Of a stretch of 64,000 nt of DNA, positions 13,600-26,421 are shown piece after piece. Both the position numbers and the translations under genes were made by a program. Under the pieces are notes generated by a model, which did not search any database, was not told the origin of the DNA, and saw nothing but the letters and a program-made list of their open reading frames with translations. This DNA comes from Bugula neritina (taxonomy: Eukaryota; Animalia; Bryozoa), in assembly GCA_964035545.1 (NCBI GenBank), contig OZ037770.1, positions 3,628,662-3,692,661 on the forward strand, written 5' to 3'. Position 1 is the first letter of the stretch. The number at the start of each line of letters is the position of its first letter.

Positions 13600-16000
13600 T
13601 CTTATAATATGCTAATGAAATTTGGCTTTCAAATAGCTTTTTTCTGTATATATTTGTTGAGGAAGTTTATCTTCAACAAAACTTCGTAGCTGTTGAATAT
13701 GTGGAGAGTATTTTATATTGCATAAATTTATAGAGTAAAAGGTTCTCATCAAACTTTTACAACTTAGCTCATCTACGGTTTAAAAGTGTGAGCCACCCTT
13801 CACACTAGAGTTTTATAAAGTTTTAATGAATGTGCAGTATTTTATAAAATATTGTGTGTGTCGTAAATTTAGCTATTTCTACCTTTTCAGTGAGATTGGA
13901 GTAAACACACCTCAAAATTCACATCTGGTATCACATTGATTTATCGCAAGTCAAAGTACACCTACTAACTCGTCCTTCCTTAATACCTGCTTGCTTTTGC
14001 ACTTCTACTCATTTCATATACCTAACATTTCTCTTGCAGATGAATTACATCTTTTAAGTTGTAAAAGCCTTAAATAGCATGAAATTAATGAGGTTTAAAC
14101 CGTGGCCACACTAACTATTGATGCGTTTATTGATGGGTTAAATTACACGAAAATATTGTCTCTTTCTTTTTAGTTTCACCTAAAGTATTACATACTATTG
14201 ATGGAGGCTTTGCTGAAGTTTTTGGGTGATGATTTGTCAATAATTTTCCAGAGAAGATGATGCCACGGTGGCTGGCATCATTATGCAGTTTCCAAATTTC
14301 TTTCGGCTTTGCTCTAGTGAAAATTTTGGAAAACAATCAACAAAAAGGTTTGTACCATAAACGAAGTTATTGTGTGCGTGTTGCCAAAGCATAAAGTGTG
14401 CTGGACATTTTTAGGTTTCTGTTGAGATGCGTTTTTGCTTTTCCTGCATGAAAAAAGTTCCAGTTTCAGTTAATATCACTAGCGGAGTGTCCACCTATAT
14501 TTTAAATCATATTGATGCATAAGTTCTTTTTGTAATATTAAAAGTATAACTTGCTTAATTGCTATTCAATGCCCTTTGAAGTTTCCAACTGTAATTAATT
14601 AGTTGATTTGGCAGCATAGTATCGATGATTGATGAAGGCAGCCGATATAATTATAAGCATAAATATCTATATCTACATGAAGATGTCATTCCCAATGATT
14701 GTTATTTTGAAATCAGCTGATTAAGTTATCACAAACTAAACATTTTGACCAGCGGCTTGCAATGCAACTCGGTGAAATTTCAGACCTAGATGAATTGAAT
14801 TTCTTACTGAAAATTGTGAAGGTATTAAAGTTTAAAGTGAAAGTTTAAAGGGTCATCTCTCTGCGAATTCTAATAGCATGGTGCCAATTAGACTTGAAAA
14901 AATTTCAAGGCACTATAAAGCACTAAGCCCATTCTTACAAGTAGTTTCAAAGTGCACTGGAATTTCAGTTTACTTGTCATTGTATAGAATCCTGATCTAC
15001 ACTATATAGCATTCACTATTGCCTGCTTCTTCTAAGCATCTATAATGTATTAACTACAGTTTGCTTTGAGAAGTGAATTTCTACTTGGTATTTTTTCCTT
15101 ATCGTTCTGTTGTTTGCCAGTAGTCTTAATTTAATGAATTTTCCCTTTTCAAAAGTGGTTGTGACAATCAAAACGCATCATGCAGCCTGCAACTACACAA
15201 TCAGTCAGTAATTTCTTCCATTAAAGTAGCTCTTCTGGTTACCCTTGCTCACCTAAAAGCCTGAGCCTCATTCAAATTGCAAGTTTTTAGAGTTGTTAAT
15301 TTTTCATGCAATCTTTCATTTTTTTCTTTAGGCACAAAATTAGTATTCACTAGACCTAATCTTTCATCTGCATGTATGCCTATTGTTTGTTCATTAAAGA
15401 AAAACCTCTGCTGAATATTGAACTAATAATGAAAATGAATTCCCTAAACTAAAAGTAGCAGTGTGATTTTGGTATTACAATCAGTTGTTAGCATAGAATC
15501 AAGTTATTGACAGGAATTTTCAAATTGAAATGAATGAATTTCATTGTAAGTCAGCAAGATTTAGTCTAAGTAAACATAGCATTACATCATGTTCTTATTT
15601 AACATTGGTAGAAGGCAACATTTATTTTAAGGACTGTTGTAAACTTAAATGTAATTTTAGGTACTTTCCATGTTTGTTATTGTAGATGGTCTTGTTCTTT
15701 GGAATGGATGTGACAACTCCTTGTGTCAAACTTAACTGATTGACTACTGAATCCCAATCATGTTTTGCCAAAAAATGTGAAAATGGAGTGCATGTCTACT
15801 TTATTTGAGAAAATATTAAAACTACTTTTGAAACTTCATCTAGCCAAACAATACAACAGTTTCATTTTATTAAAAAACATCATTTGCCCAAAATGTATTA
15901 TGTAATCGAACAATTTCTAGAAAAAAAGTGCTTTCCTCCAGTTTTGCTAATGAATTACATATTTCATTACATGCTTGTCTTTATAATTTTATTAATTGTT
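13600..16000 (-). pseudogene. Decayed Zisupton/HMGXB3-like (KDZ) transposase region, copy 1
   Basis: Manual minus-strand translation through stops and frameshifts gives, in the expected order: LCSCR (SWIM-like), ILYNDK*TEIP, TLIPSQ, KCLVCD (CxxC), HQYDLK..TPLVIL..GTFFM, EIWKLHNDASHRGIIFSG...ETKKKETI, a SAP-like LRKDELVGVL, and CEG*L. These resemble Zisupton transposase blocks recalled from memory. Boundaries are approximate. Confidence 0.55.
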
Positions 16001-16496
16001 TTTCTGGTGAGTCAATTAAAGTCAATTCAACCTAGAAAAGTCTGAATTTCAGACTTAATTTCAAGCTAGAATATTCACATTTTTAGGTCTGCGTTTGCAA
16101 ACATTGTTGTGTTACTTTACTTTTTATATTTTTTGAAATAAATATTTTTTTAGCTTGTGCCTATTCATGATTAGAATAGTATAATAATATTTAACTTTTC
16201 TTCAATTTTAATAGATGAAAATATTGATCAGTTGGAGTATTCAGTTTAGCTGAATTTTACTTGCTTCTGCGAAAACAATCTTTTGGAGTTGTCTGCCCTC
16301 TCTTTAGGTAATTTTTTGACCTATGGTCAACGCAATAATTATAACTTTTTAAAGATGCTTGTGAACCTAACAATATAGCACAACTATCAAACCACATTAT
16401 TTATTCAATATCTGCATAAAATTTAGCCAATAATCTGCCACCCAATGAGCTTGAAAAGATATTAGAATTCTAGCTCAGTGCTGCCATCAATGTAGA

Positions 16497-16558
16497 TATT
16501 TATAATGATATAAAGCCAAAACTCATTATTTATAATGATATAAAGCTAAAACTCATTA
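16497..16558. repeat. 31-bp tandem duplication (also ~61610-61672)
   Basis: ATTTATAATGATATAAAGCYAAAACTCATT occurs twice in tandem. Confidence 0.85.
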
Positions 16559-17125
16559 TTGCATGAAATTATCTAACCATTCCTGGCGAAGAATCGAGAT
16601 AATAACTCCAAAGTTGGTCAGTTGAAACCACAGCAATAATACTTTAATCCTTATAATTATCAGGTTTAATTTTATACCAAGCCCCAATAAGTACATATCA
16701 CTATGACAACACAGCCTAAGCACCTCCAATGCAAGAAATTTAGTATTGTGGTGCTGCAAATCCTCCAGTTACAAATGACTAGAGCTTTCATGATTATTGG
16801 TCTACCATAATGTTTATTTAGTTTTAAGGACTAGCATAAATGCTATTATATGCGGGAGGTATTTGAAAAGCTTCCAACTCCATCTTCAACTACGGGCTAT
16901 TATAATTATGCCGATAAACGAGATACTACACTCAGACTGCCCTGTTATAGTACTATGATTGGCTACTGCAAAATTTTTGCCGATAGACAACATTTAATTA
17001 TGATGTAATGTATCTCGTATTGGCACATAAGTGTTATGTCTGAGGACGAGATACTGTGAAATTATGCCCTGAGTAAATTAGAAATGACTGCAATTACTGT
17101 TAATCACGTTTTTATAGCATAGGAA

Positions 17126-17130
17126 TATAT

Positions 17131-17175
<45 letters not shown>

Positions 17176-17330
17176 GACATATATACATATATACAGATAT
17201 ACAGATATACATATATACATATATACATATATACATATATATATATATATTTATATATCTATTTATCTATTTATCTATATATATATATACATATATGAGT
17301 GTGCGTGCGTGTGCACGTGCATGTGTCTGT
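17126..17330. repeat. (TA)n compound microsatellite
   Basis: Direct reading. Confidence 0.95.
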
Positions 17331-17448
17331 AACTTTATTAAATTTAATTTCATATTTTTCAATGACATACCATAATAATACTTGGTAAGCATATAGAGTT
17401 GTCAAAGATTGAATGTTTTAAACAATACAAAACCTGTGACACACAAAC

Positions 17449-17588
17449 CTCTCAGGTAGAGTATAGATAATTTACAGCTCTCCATATTCAACTCTTTAAG
17501 TGATGTGAGTGATGACACAACATCTGGTACTGTGTTTAGAGGATTCCTTCCTATGTCTAGTTTCTCTAACTGAGTCAGTTGACATAGA
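17449..17588 (-). pseudogene. LRR cassette exon (2x23-aa LRR) with a +2 frameshift
   Basis: tacag|TCTATGTCAA...CCTGAGAG|gtttgt; LCQLTQLEKLDIGRNPLNTVPDVVSSLTSLKELNMESCKLS; 140 nt versus 138 nt in its twin (TCTATACT vs TCCACT). Confidence 0.85.
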
Positions 17589-18048
17589 CTGTAGTATAAA
17601 GTGTATGATTCATAATATGTAGCCTGCATTACTATAATATTTTATACTGTATTCACATTTTGTTTTCAACCAGGTAAAACTATATACAACTTAACTACCG
17701 AGCAACTTATTGTAGCATTGTACATGCAGAGCATGAGAAGTTAACAGTTGATTATAATAGTATACAAGTATTCAATTATTAGATATACTCAGTGTGTGAA
17801 TACTAATCAACTATACAACTGCTAACTATCATTTACATTTTCATAGCACAAGAATTTATAATGGCATAATTCAAAATTATGTTATTTTCACAATAATACA
17901 GACCAAATTTCATATATAATTCAAAACATTTGCATTTCACATATTTTTCAATTATATAGTTATACAAACTAATTATACTTGGAAGGAACTATTTTAGGAT
18001 TTCAAGTATTAAATGTTTCAAACAATACAAAAACTGTGACAAACAAAC

Positions 18049-18186
18049 CTCTCAGGTAGAGTGGATAATTCACATCTCCTCATATTCAACTCTTTGAGTG
18101 ATGTGAGTGATGACACAACTTCTGGTACTCTGTTGAGAGGATTCCAGCCTATGTCTAGTTTCTCTAACTGAGTCAGCTGACACAGA
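18049..18186 (-). CDS. LRR cassette exon, 138 nt, phase 2-2, two 23-aa LRRs
   Basis: tacag|TCTGTGTCAG...CCTGAGAG|gtttgt; LCQLTQLEKLDIGWNPLNRVPEVVSSLTSLKELNMRRCELSTLPE fits LxxLxxLxLxxN/CxLxxLP. Too short for the ORF track. Confidence 0.9.
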
Positions 18187-18694
18187 CTGTAATACAAAAT
18201 GTGTAATATATGTAGTCTACTGTACCATATAATGACATATTCTGTACTCTGCTATATAATGTAAATTACGTAGCAAACAATTTTGTTGAGACAGGGTAGA
18301 GCAAAAAAAAGCTATTATCTCATGCTGTAGGTGTAATGGGTGCCCTGTGTAGAATTGAGTGATTAGATGTATTTGTATAAAGACATCCTGTAAGTTTAAT
18401 AGATAAGGGTTACATCTACAATGTATTGCTAATATATAGTATGATTTATAATAATAAATGGTTTACTTTGTTATAGCTAATCTGACACAAATTAGCATGT
18501 ATTTATTATTCCGAAAATCTTTTATTTTTAAGTATATGGCTACATATAATATACTTATATATATTATGTGTTGCAAATATGAACCTTCTGTATAATCCTA
18601 CATGTATACATGTACTACATATAATATGTTGCTTCTGTATTTAACTACATAAAACATGTTTTAATTAATTCTAGCGTGTGTAACACTACAAACA

Positions 18695-18742
18695 GTTTCC
18701 CACTGTCTAGTTTCTACAACTCATTCAGCTGGTAGAGATACA
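18695..18742 (-). pseudogene. Relic half LRR exon
   Basis: Minus strand LYQLNEL*KLDSG; shares TGTCTAGTTTCT...TCAGCTG with the intact exon. Confidence 0.55.
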
Positions 18743-18895
18743 ATGTTATACATATTACTATAGCTTTATATAGTGCATGATTACATCATGAGTAAGAATA
18801 TACTTCAGCATTGACTCAGATACATGCATCGTGGGTGATAATTATCACAACTAAACTCATTTAACATTTACACAGCTATCATAATAGACACTCAC

Positions 18896-19196
18896 TTGTC
18901 TAGACTTGCTCTGTCAGCCAGGTTAGAAACACGTAGACGCAGGGCTTCACCAGCAATCTCTCCAATGTTGTTTGGAATATTCCCTTTCAGTTTAAGATCT
19001 GTGATATGATAACTCCCAATTTCATGTTTCACCTTAGCAGTAGTATATGACTTGGTAATAGCATACTGTACACCTGACCAGCTTACAGGAGGCTGACCAG
19101 AATGTCTGAACCAGATTTCCATCTTCTCTGTAACATCATACAGTGACAGTGTGATTATTACACAGTGATAGCAGGAAGTTTCTATCATGCTGAAAC
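18896..19196 (-). CDS. Probable first coding exon of the LRR gene (ATG at 19188 or 19122)
   Basis: gtgacag acceptor and GTGAGT donor; open frame (M)IETS...[12 protein letters not shown]...[15 protein letters not shown] ends in phase 2 and splices in frame to the 18186 exon. Confidence 0.75.
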
Positions 19197-19201
19197 CTGT
19201 C

Positions 19202-19325
<124 letters not shown>

Positions 19326-19992
19326 GTAATGATCAATCATATATAATAAGGAGAATTATTAAATATTGTAAGTGGTACAAATTCAATAAGGCTATATAGT
19401 CAGGAATATAATAAGTTGCCACCTAAAGCAGCTTTCCTTCCCAATTTGTTAATTTACTAAAATAATTTATTCATTATTTGTTATATTAGTATTTTACTGC
19501 CTTGAAAAATTTTCTGCATGTTCATTATTTTATACAACAATTGTTATTGCTATAAAAATATCAATTGAAATCTTAGTTATGAGAAGAATAAACAACAAGA
19601 TGCTATTGAAAAAAAAACTAAAAGTGAAAACATTCCACTTTATTTATTGCTGTAGTTCAATAATCAACTGCATTATACAAATACATTTTCCATTAACCTA
19701 ATGGAAATAGTTATATTGACAGAAACCACCACCACCAGTTAATGCTAATTGCAAGCACAAAATATTATTCTATACCGGCCTCCATTCACATAATGGCAGT
19801 CATGGAAATGCAGTGTATGACACTTGTTCAGTTACCTATATTCCTATATAGCAGCTGACATGGTATAACAATTAGACATATACCAATGACTGATAGCACT
19901 GCAATGGTACAGGTTATCTATATATATAATAATCTGCATAAGCATTAGGCCTAATATAAACAAAGATTTTAGATAAGATGATACAGTAGCAA

Positions 19993-20252
19993 AGCTACCG
20001 GTAATAATGGCTAACGTAATAGTAGCACGGGTAATAATGGCAGGCATAATAATGGCAGAAATGAAAAAATAAGTAGATGTATGACACACTTATGTTTAAG
20101 TTAGACAAACTAAAAGCTCCAATCACAAAGCAAATCCCAAACCTAAATGCCCCCATCTCAATCTCAAACTTTTACCTACTCTTTCAATTGTTACCTAAGC
20201 AATGTTTATTTTTGCAATCTGTATTTTTACATGTGCAATTTTACTGGACACC
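19993..20252. mobile_element. MITE-like element with arms made of 15-bp GGTAATAATGGCACA repeats
   Basis: Left arm GGTAATAATGGC repeats, right arm TTTACCTACTCTTTCA..TTTTACATGTGCAATTTTACTGGACACC, CCCAAACC-rich core; same family at 30287 and 31107-32471. Confidence 0.65.
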
Positions 20253-20539
20253 ATAAACACCAAAGCTAAGCATAGTGTTATAATCATTAGTTATACATAC
20301 TATAATGCCCCTATACAAGTGACACATCAAAATACCATAAGCAATCAAGTTCCTAATGATACCAATATTCACATATTTATAATTATGAATACATGTAAAT
20401 GATTAAGGTCAAAATAGTATTACCAAATATTTATATTTAACTTGTATAAGATAATTAGGTTTAGTATTACTAACTTCAATTGGTATCCCACATGTTTTGA
20501 TCTAAACTATTGCTACTCGTATCTACTTCCAGTTCAGCA

Positions 20540-22240
20540 TCACCAGACAAATGTGATTGAGATGTGACCAGCTGCTGCTGAGTGGTACAGATAATGACTG
20601 TTGCTGAGGCCAACTTGTTGTAAAGACATGCTTTACCCTCGTGATTCCTATCTCTGATAGTCAACATGTCAGTAAACCTTTTGTTTGTTTAAAGCATTGA
20701 ACACTGCGTAGTGGTTTAAGACACTTACTCCTAACTGGGTTAAATACTGTGCTTTTAATCTAACTGATAACAGTAGAAAGCTGCATGTTACATTGTATGC
20801 TATTAAGCGCTGTCTCAATTTAACTGATTCACCATATTTACCCTGACCTCTATGCTTGTAGAAAACACCCAGCCTAATACTATAGCTGGTCTAGTGCAGA
20901 ATTGTATGTTTTTACTCATCATGTTTTCACCTCTGACTTTTGATTTACATTTGTACTTTAAATGATGAATTAAGCTTTGGTAGAATTTTCTGGTTGCAAA
21001 AATCAATCCAATTTATATATTATAGTGGAGGTAAGTACAGTACAATGGGGATATAGAGAAAAGCCTGTGTACTCTAAATTAGAAATGTAACAATAAAAAT
21101 TATGTTTTTGCAAAAATTTTAACTTTCGCTCTAAACCAAAATCTTTGAAGAAACTGTAAGAACTTAACCAATCTAATTTTCTCCGCCACAACACCTAAAT
21201 GTTATAGTAAGCATTTCGTTTAAATTTTCAAATGTAATAAGTAAATATAAATTATTCAGCAAAGTTTTGGCAGTAAATGAAACATGATAAATTTATGTTT
21301 TTGAAATGTTATTTTAAACTCACCGCTTTAACCTAATGAAGCATAACCTTGAAAGTTTGGAAGTCTAGATGTAAGCTCTACTTATTTTGTTTAAATTAAT
21401 AGCTAATACGCTTATAGTTAGTAATTACGTACAGTTGCCAGGGAGTGCATTAATTAATGAAATGTTGTTGTAAATTTATCTAAATTTGTTTGACGAAATA
21501 AATTGTAACTCCAGCTTTGTTTTCCGCTCATCTGCACCAAAATTTTGCTCTGAAAAAGTACAATATTCTCAGCCAACAGTTTACAAAAAACTTGTTGTTT
21601 AAATCTTTATAACATAAATAATACAAGTATTGTTTTGAGAAAACCTATTGTCTTGAGCAGCAAAGTTGCAATATGGAATACTGTTTTAAAGTTTTGTCCT
21701 AGAAAAACCTTACCTTTAATTATTTAAAGGTTTTATTACAGGGCAATATTAGTTTTTGCTTATCTCAATAAGTAATAAACTAGTTGGTGATACAGAATTG
21801 CTATGCTATGAAATTGATTAACCTCATTATAAAATGTCAAAACAGCACTTAAAATCTTACATATATACTCTCACATACTGATATGCTTATTTTCTGAGCA
21901 CAATAAATATAATGTAAGTGCGTAATAAAAATTAGAGTTGTTAGACTAGAATCTAGAAATATAATTAAAAATGTTAGAGCAATTAGTTATTCAAATAGTC
22001 TCGTTAATTGATTGCATATGAAATTTTACCTGTCAACTATACAATACCATCTTGAGACTAGCAGTGGAACACAATCAATGGCTTCTAACCGGCTATAGAA
22101 CTATTTGTTTTATCATTGTAATATGTCAGTCATGAACATATAGGCTGACTGAATAAATAAACATAATTATATGCACTAATAACTTGCTGTTACTCATTAT
22201 TAGTTATTTCTGTGCTGATAACATGATGAAAGGTTTTTAT
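20540..22240. repeat. Upstream block of the LRR gene, paralogous to 62585-63285
   Basis: TGTGATTGAGATGTGACCAGCTGCTG...TTGTTTGTTTAAAG (20542-20695 ~ 62586-62726); TAATAAACTAGTT...ACCATCTTGAGACTA...TTATTTCT.TGCTGAT (21760-22240 ~ 62830-63285). Confidence 0.8.
21020..21720. mobile_element. Decayed non-autonomous DNA element (Kolobok-like?)
   Basis: Lies in a ~1-kb gap relative to the 62.7-kb paralog and ends ...TTACCTTTAA; left end is degenerate. Confidence 0.35.
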
Positions 22241-22744
22241 GTTACAGGAAGAACTATGAGATATATGCACTTTGAGTTTTAAAGCCATGGAGCGATTTCA
22301 TGCCTTCGAATGCGGCCATGCAGTTTTCTATAACATAAGCTCTATATAATATTATCTTATTAACTGATATGAAAAACCCAACTATAGATACAAAGCACCT
22401 CGAAACATGAATTATAGAGCAAATATATAAGCAAAGGCTGCCTAATAACAATAACTTTACAACTTTTTCACCATTATTTCTCAAAACAATGAGATAATAT
22501 TAATAAAGTTTATTCTTATTGCAATGTTTAAACGTCCAAATATAGCAAAGTAAATAATACTTGTTGAAATAAACTTCCAGCTTTGTTGAATTTAATGTTA
22601 TAAGAGTCACTTGAATTGTTCAGCACAAAAACAAAGTAGAATTGCCAGTATTGCAACTCAAAAACAATGGTGAATTAAGCAAAGAGACAGGGAGTTTGCA
22701 AATAATACAGTATATTCAATAAAAAACTGTACCTGCTATAATAG

Positions 22745-23660
22745 CCCAACTAACAAGAAACGTTTATACAACCTTTGGATGTGTTGTCAGAAGGTTTTGT
22801 TCACAACATTAGAATCAAACATTTCCGTTTAACGTTATGGTAATGTTTGATAAATGTTTAAAGTCAACATTTTGGTCAAACATTTAACAAATGTTGAGAA
22901 AAGTTGTTGTATAAATGTATATCACAACGTTCATTAAATGTTTGACCCAAACGTTGTAACAAAACATCCATTAAACGTTGGTAGAATGTTTCAAAGCAAC
23001 GTTTGTTCTAAACATGAAATTAACGTTATAACCCAACGTTTAATAAATGTATTTTTCAAAGGTTTATTAAGTGTTTGAAAAAAAGGTTGTATTAATGTTG
23101 TTTTCAAAACATTCTATCAACGTTTTGCACAAACTGTTTCAATAAAACATTAATACAACCTTTATACAACATTTCAATACAACGTTTCTTTCAAACGTAA
23201 TCACAATGTTTTAATTCAACGTTCAATAAATGATTTTTACCAAGGTTAATAGAATGTTTGATAAAAAGGTTGGATCAATGTTTTTTTAAAATGTTTTATA
23301 AAGGTTTTAACCAAATAGTTTTACTAAACATTTATACAACATTCATAGAACGTTTCAAACAACGTTGTTCTGCAAACATAAACATAACGTTTTAACCCAA
23401 TGTTAAAGAAACGCTTGATACCAATGTTGTTCAAATGTTTGATAAAATGGTTGCATGAATGTATTTTGAAATGTTGTATAAACCTTTTTTCAAAAAGGTT
23501 TTCAAAAAACATCAATAAAACGTTACTTCAACATTTCAATGCAACGTTTTTTCTCCAATATAAAGTTAATGTTATAAAACAACGTTACTAAAACAGTTTC
23601 TCAGTAAGGTTACTAAAATGTTTTAAAAAAATGTTTCATCAATGTATATTATAAACATTG
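22745..23660. repeat. Left subterminal array (AACGTT/AACATT/AATGTT/AAGGTT)
   Basis: Dozens of motif copies at ~10-13 bp spacing. Confidence 0.9.
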
Positions 23661-26382
23661 TATAATCTATTTTTACACAACTCAAATATTTAGTTTTGTA
23701 GTTGGAGTTGCGGACTCTCTCTATTTCTACAACTATGCTTATAATTATTTTATAGTGTTTTATAAAGTTTGATGTAAAGCAAGAACTTTTGTAATTATAA
23801 ACAATAATTTATTAGAGCAAAGAAGACGATATCTAAAGTGTTTCCTAATAAAAGATTGAAATTGAAGGGCAACTTTTTACTGGTTATGGCAAGTTATTTT
23901 TTTTGATAATTGATGACAATAAAATGGAGAAATTTGACCTGTTGAGTAGGAAAACTTAGACTAAAAAAACATAAACAGTGTATTTATGAAAAAACTAAAT
24001 AACAAGTTTATTGGGTGATCATGAGTTTAATTATAGTTGGTTGCATAAAAGCTAGCGTCAAAAGCTAGCTAATAGCTTGCTTGACAGCTATATATAGTGA
24101 TTAAAACAAAACGTTTAATAATTTACAAAATGTGCTTGCTGCACTTTAAAAAATAACGCTGATGTTAAATTATGCCTTAGTTACCGGAGTAGTATTGCGC
24201 AATCTATCTTAAGTAAAAATTCGCTTGATTGGATGAAGTTTTTAAGAGTTGTCTGTTACTGAAAATATGTTTTTGAAAATTCGTTCAGGTTATATTTTGT
24301 TGAATCTTAATATTCAAAATTGAAATTGCACCAGTGTTCTGTGAATAAAATATTGTAATGGACTTGAATGTTATATGTCCGAAATTTAATTATGTCGAAG
24401 TGTAACATAAGGCGTTATTGTGAAATATTTTCCCTTCAATTTTGCCTTCCAATGCAACTAGGATAATGTATATTGGAAATATAACTCCTTATTAAATTAT
24501 AATTAGGTTTTTACGTGTGCATGTGTGCACATGGTTCGTGCATGCGTTGACATTTTTGCCTGTTTTGGTGTAGATAGAATTAAAAACAACTCCATTTTGA
24601 AACTAAGTTGTATTCTCATATCAATTCAAGTCCAATGCTGCCACTTGAGAAATTTTTAAAAAGTAAACAGATTTTTTTTAAAATGCAACTATGTACATAA
24701 TAGATACTAGCCATAATTATAGACAGCTTTTTTCTTATGGTAACTTTTAGTCAGCAAATAAACTGGAAATGCTTATTAAAAGCATGCAAATGCCTTTCCT
24801 ACTCAACATGAGATTTTCTTTCAAAATTATAAAACAGCGTTAACTGGAATCAATTGATATATATAGCTCTGTTAGACGGCATCAATAATTAGGCCATCAG
24901 TTGTAAAATATAATTATCTACATCTATTTTATTTAACTAACAGTCAAACTTCAACTTGTTTATTATTTTATACAAACTCGATGGTCATTTAACTACCTTG
25001 CACTATACCTTGCTATTTTGAAGGTTAAATTTTACAGTGTATTCAAAGCAATTCTTTTGTTAGCAGTATAAATATATTATGCTAAATCTGGAACTTCTTT
25101 ATTATAAACCAAGATGCAATGTCCATATTGTTGCAAATTTCTGATATCCTCTCTAGTTAGATAAATTTTTTTGGCTATAGTTATATAGATAGGCTAAGAG
25201 CACTTGCATTGTTGATATCCTTGGTAAAGCTGTAGGGAGCCAGATTTATATGTTTTCATCCGACTAATTATTATATAACCTAGGTGTTTCAAGCAATGCA
25301 ATATAGGATGTTAAACCAATTAAAATAATACAATCTTTTAAGAGGTATCTTTTCATTTGCTGCATTTACACAGGAAATATGTGAGCTGGTTTAGAATTTA
25401 CAAACTTGTAGTAGAAATTTCATATTTATATTCAGACTTTGCAATGCAGGTTTTTTAAACTCCATACATCTGCACTGCAGAATACACCAGTGCACTGCTT
25501 TTCTTTTAAACTCCAAATGAATAAAATTTATATCCTCCAAAACATGTGCCAGCCCTTCATTTGTAATGCAAACTCATCCTGAACTTTTTGCCAGTTGTAT
25601 AAAGTCAATCAAAATTGTATCCCTCAAACAAGATCCAAACAGATTTGCCGACATATAAAATCAAAATTCACTAAAAACACATTATAGTGTCTATAATATT
25701 TTTATGCTCTCAATTTTAACCTTTATAATAAGATTTTATCTTAACTTCAAAACATGTTTATTTTTAACAATATTGGACCATAAACTCTGAAGAACATGTA
25801 ATTTTAATACTCCAAAATATTACTTCTCAAAACTTTGAAGACACCCTGAGATTCTACTGCCTTAGAACCTTTTGGACTTTTAGTTGTAACTTTTGTAGAT
25901 TATAAATATTATCGATTAATATATTCTGTCATCGCAGATATAGATAGTTCCCATTTATTATAGATGCTAAGCTAAATTTCCTACTTGAATCTATCTTACT
26001 TGGACACTATTTGTTTATGTTTGTACAATAATATTTATTCTATATTTATTTGAATAATATTAAAATATACCATAGTTAAATAAAGTTGGATCAATATTGT
26101 TTCTTATATCCAATACATGAATAATTTTTTGTGATCTGCATTGATTTTAATTTGATTTAATTTAATTGCATTTATTAATTTTGCATATTCTCTACTTCTT
26201 GTTGATTGAAAAATAATGTGTTAATAGGTATTCATTAAAAATAATGTTTATTATTAACATATTACTGTTTTTGCCATGAGCAATTCTGTGAAATGTGAAC
26301 AATTATTCCGGATACTTAGATAATTAGCTATTATAGCTATTATAGCATATCAGCTATTTAGCAATCAATCTACAGTTATATA

Positions 26383-26383
26383 G

Positions 26384-26420
<37 letters not shown>
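26383..26420. repeat. (TA)n microsatellite
   Basis: Direct reading. Confidence 0.95.

Positions 26421-26421
<1 letters not shown>

Larger units (their letters stand above)
1..17071 (-). mobile_element. Giant DNA transposon, Zisupton/KDZ-like, copy 1 (left ~3.4 kb lies outside the window)
   Basis: 1..17071 is colinear and nearly identical to 45227..62184. Identity stops abruptly after ...GAAATTATGCCCTG in both copies and the downstream flanks differ (AGTAAATT.. vs TCTATAAG..). Strand is assigned from the decayed coding remnants. Confidence 0.85.

Noticed and set aside
13600-16000. Alternative genetic code explaining in-frame stops; integrase H2C2 reading of EIWKLHNDASHRGI
   Set aside because: All three stop codons and frameshifts occur, so this is decay. 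No rve/DDE integrase core follows, and the surrounding motifs fit a Zisupton-type protein better.
22745-23660. CRISPR-like array
   Set aside because: Short degenerate 6-bp motifs, no constant repeat with unique spacers, no cas genes, eukaryotic context; explained as transposon subterminal repeats.
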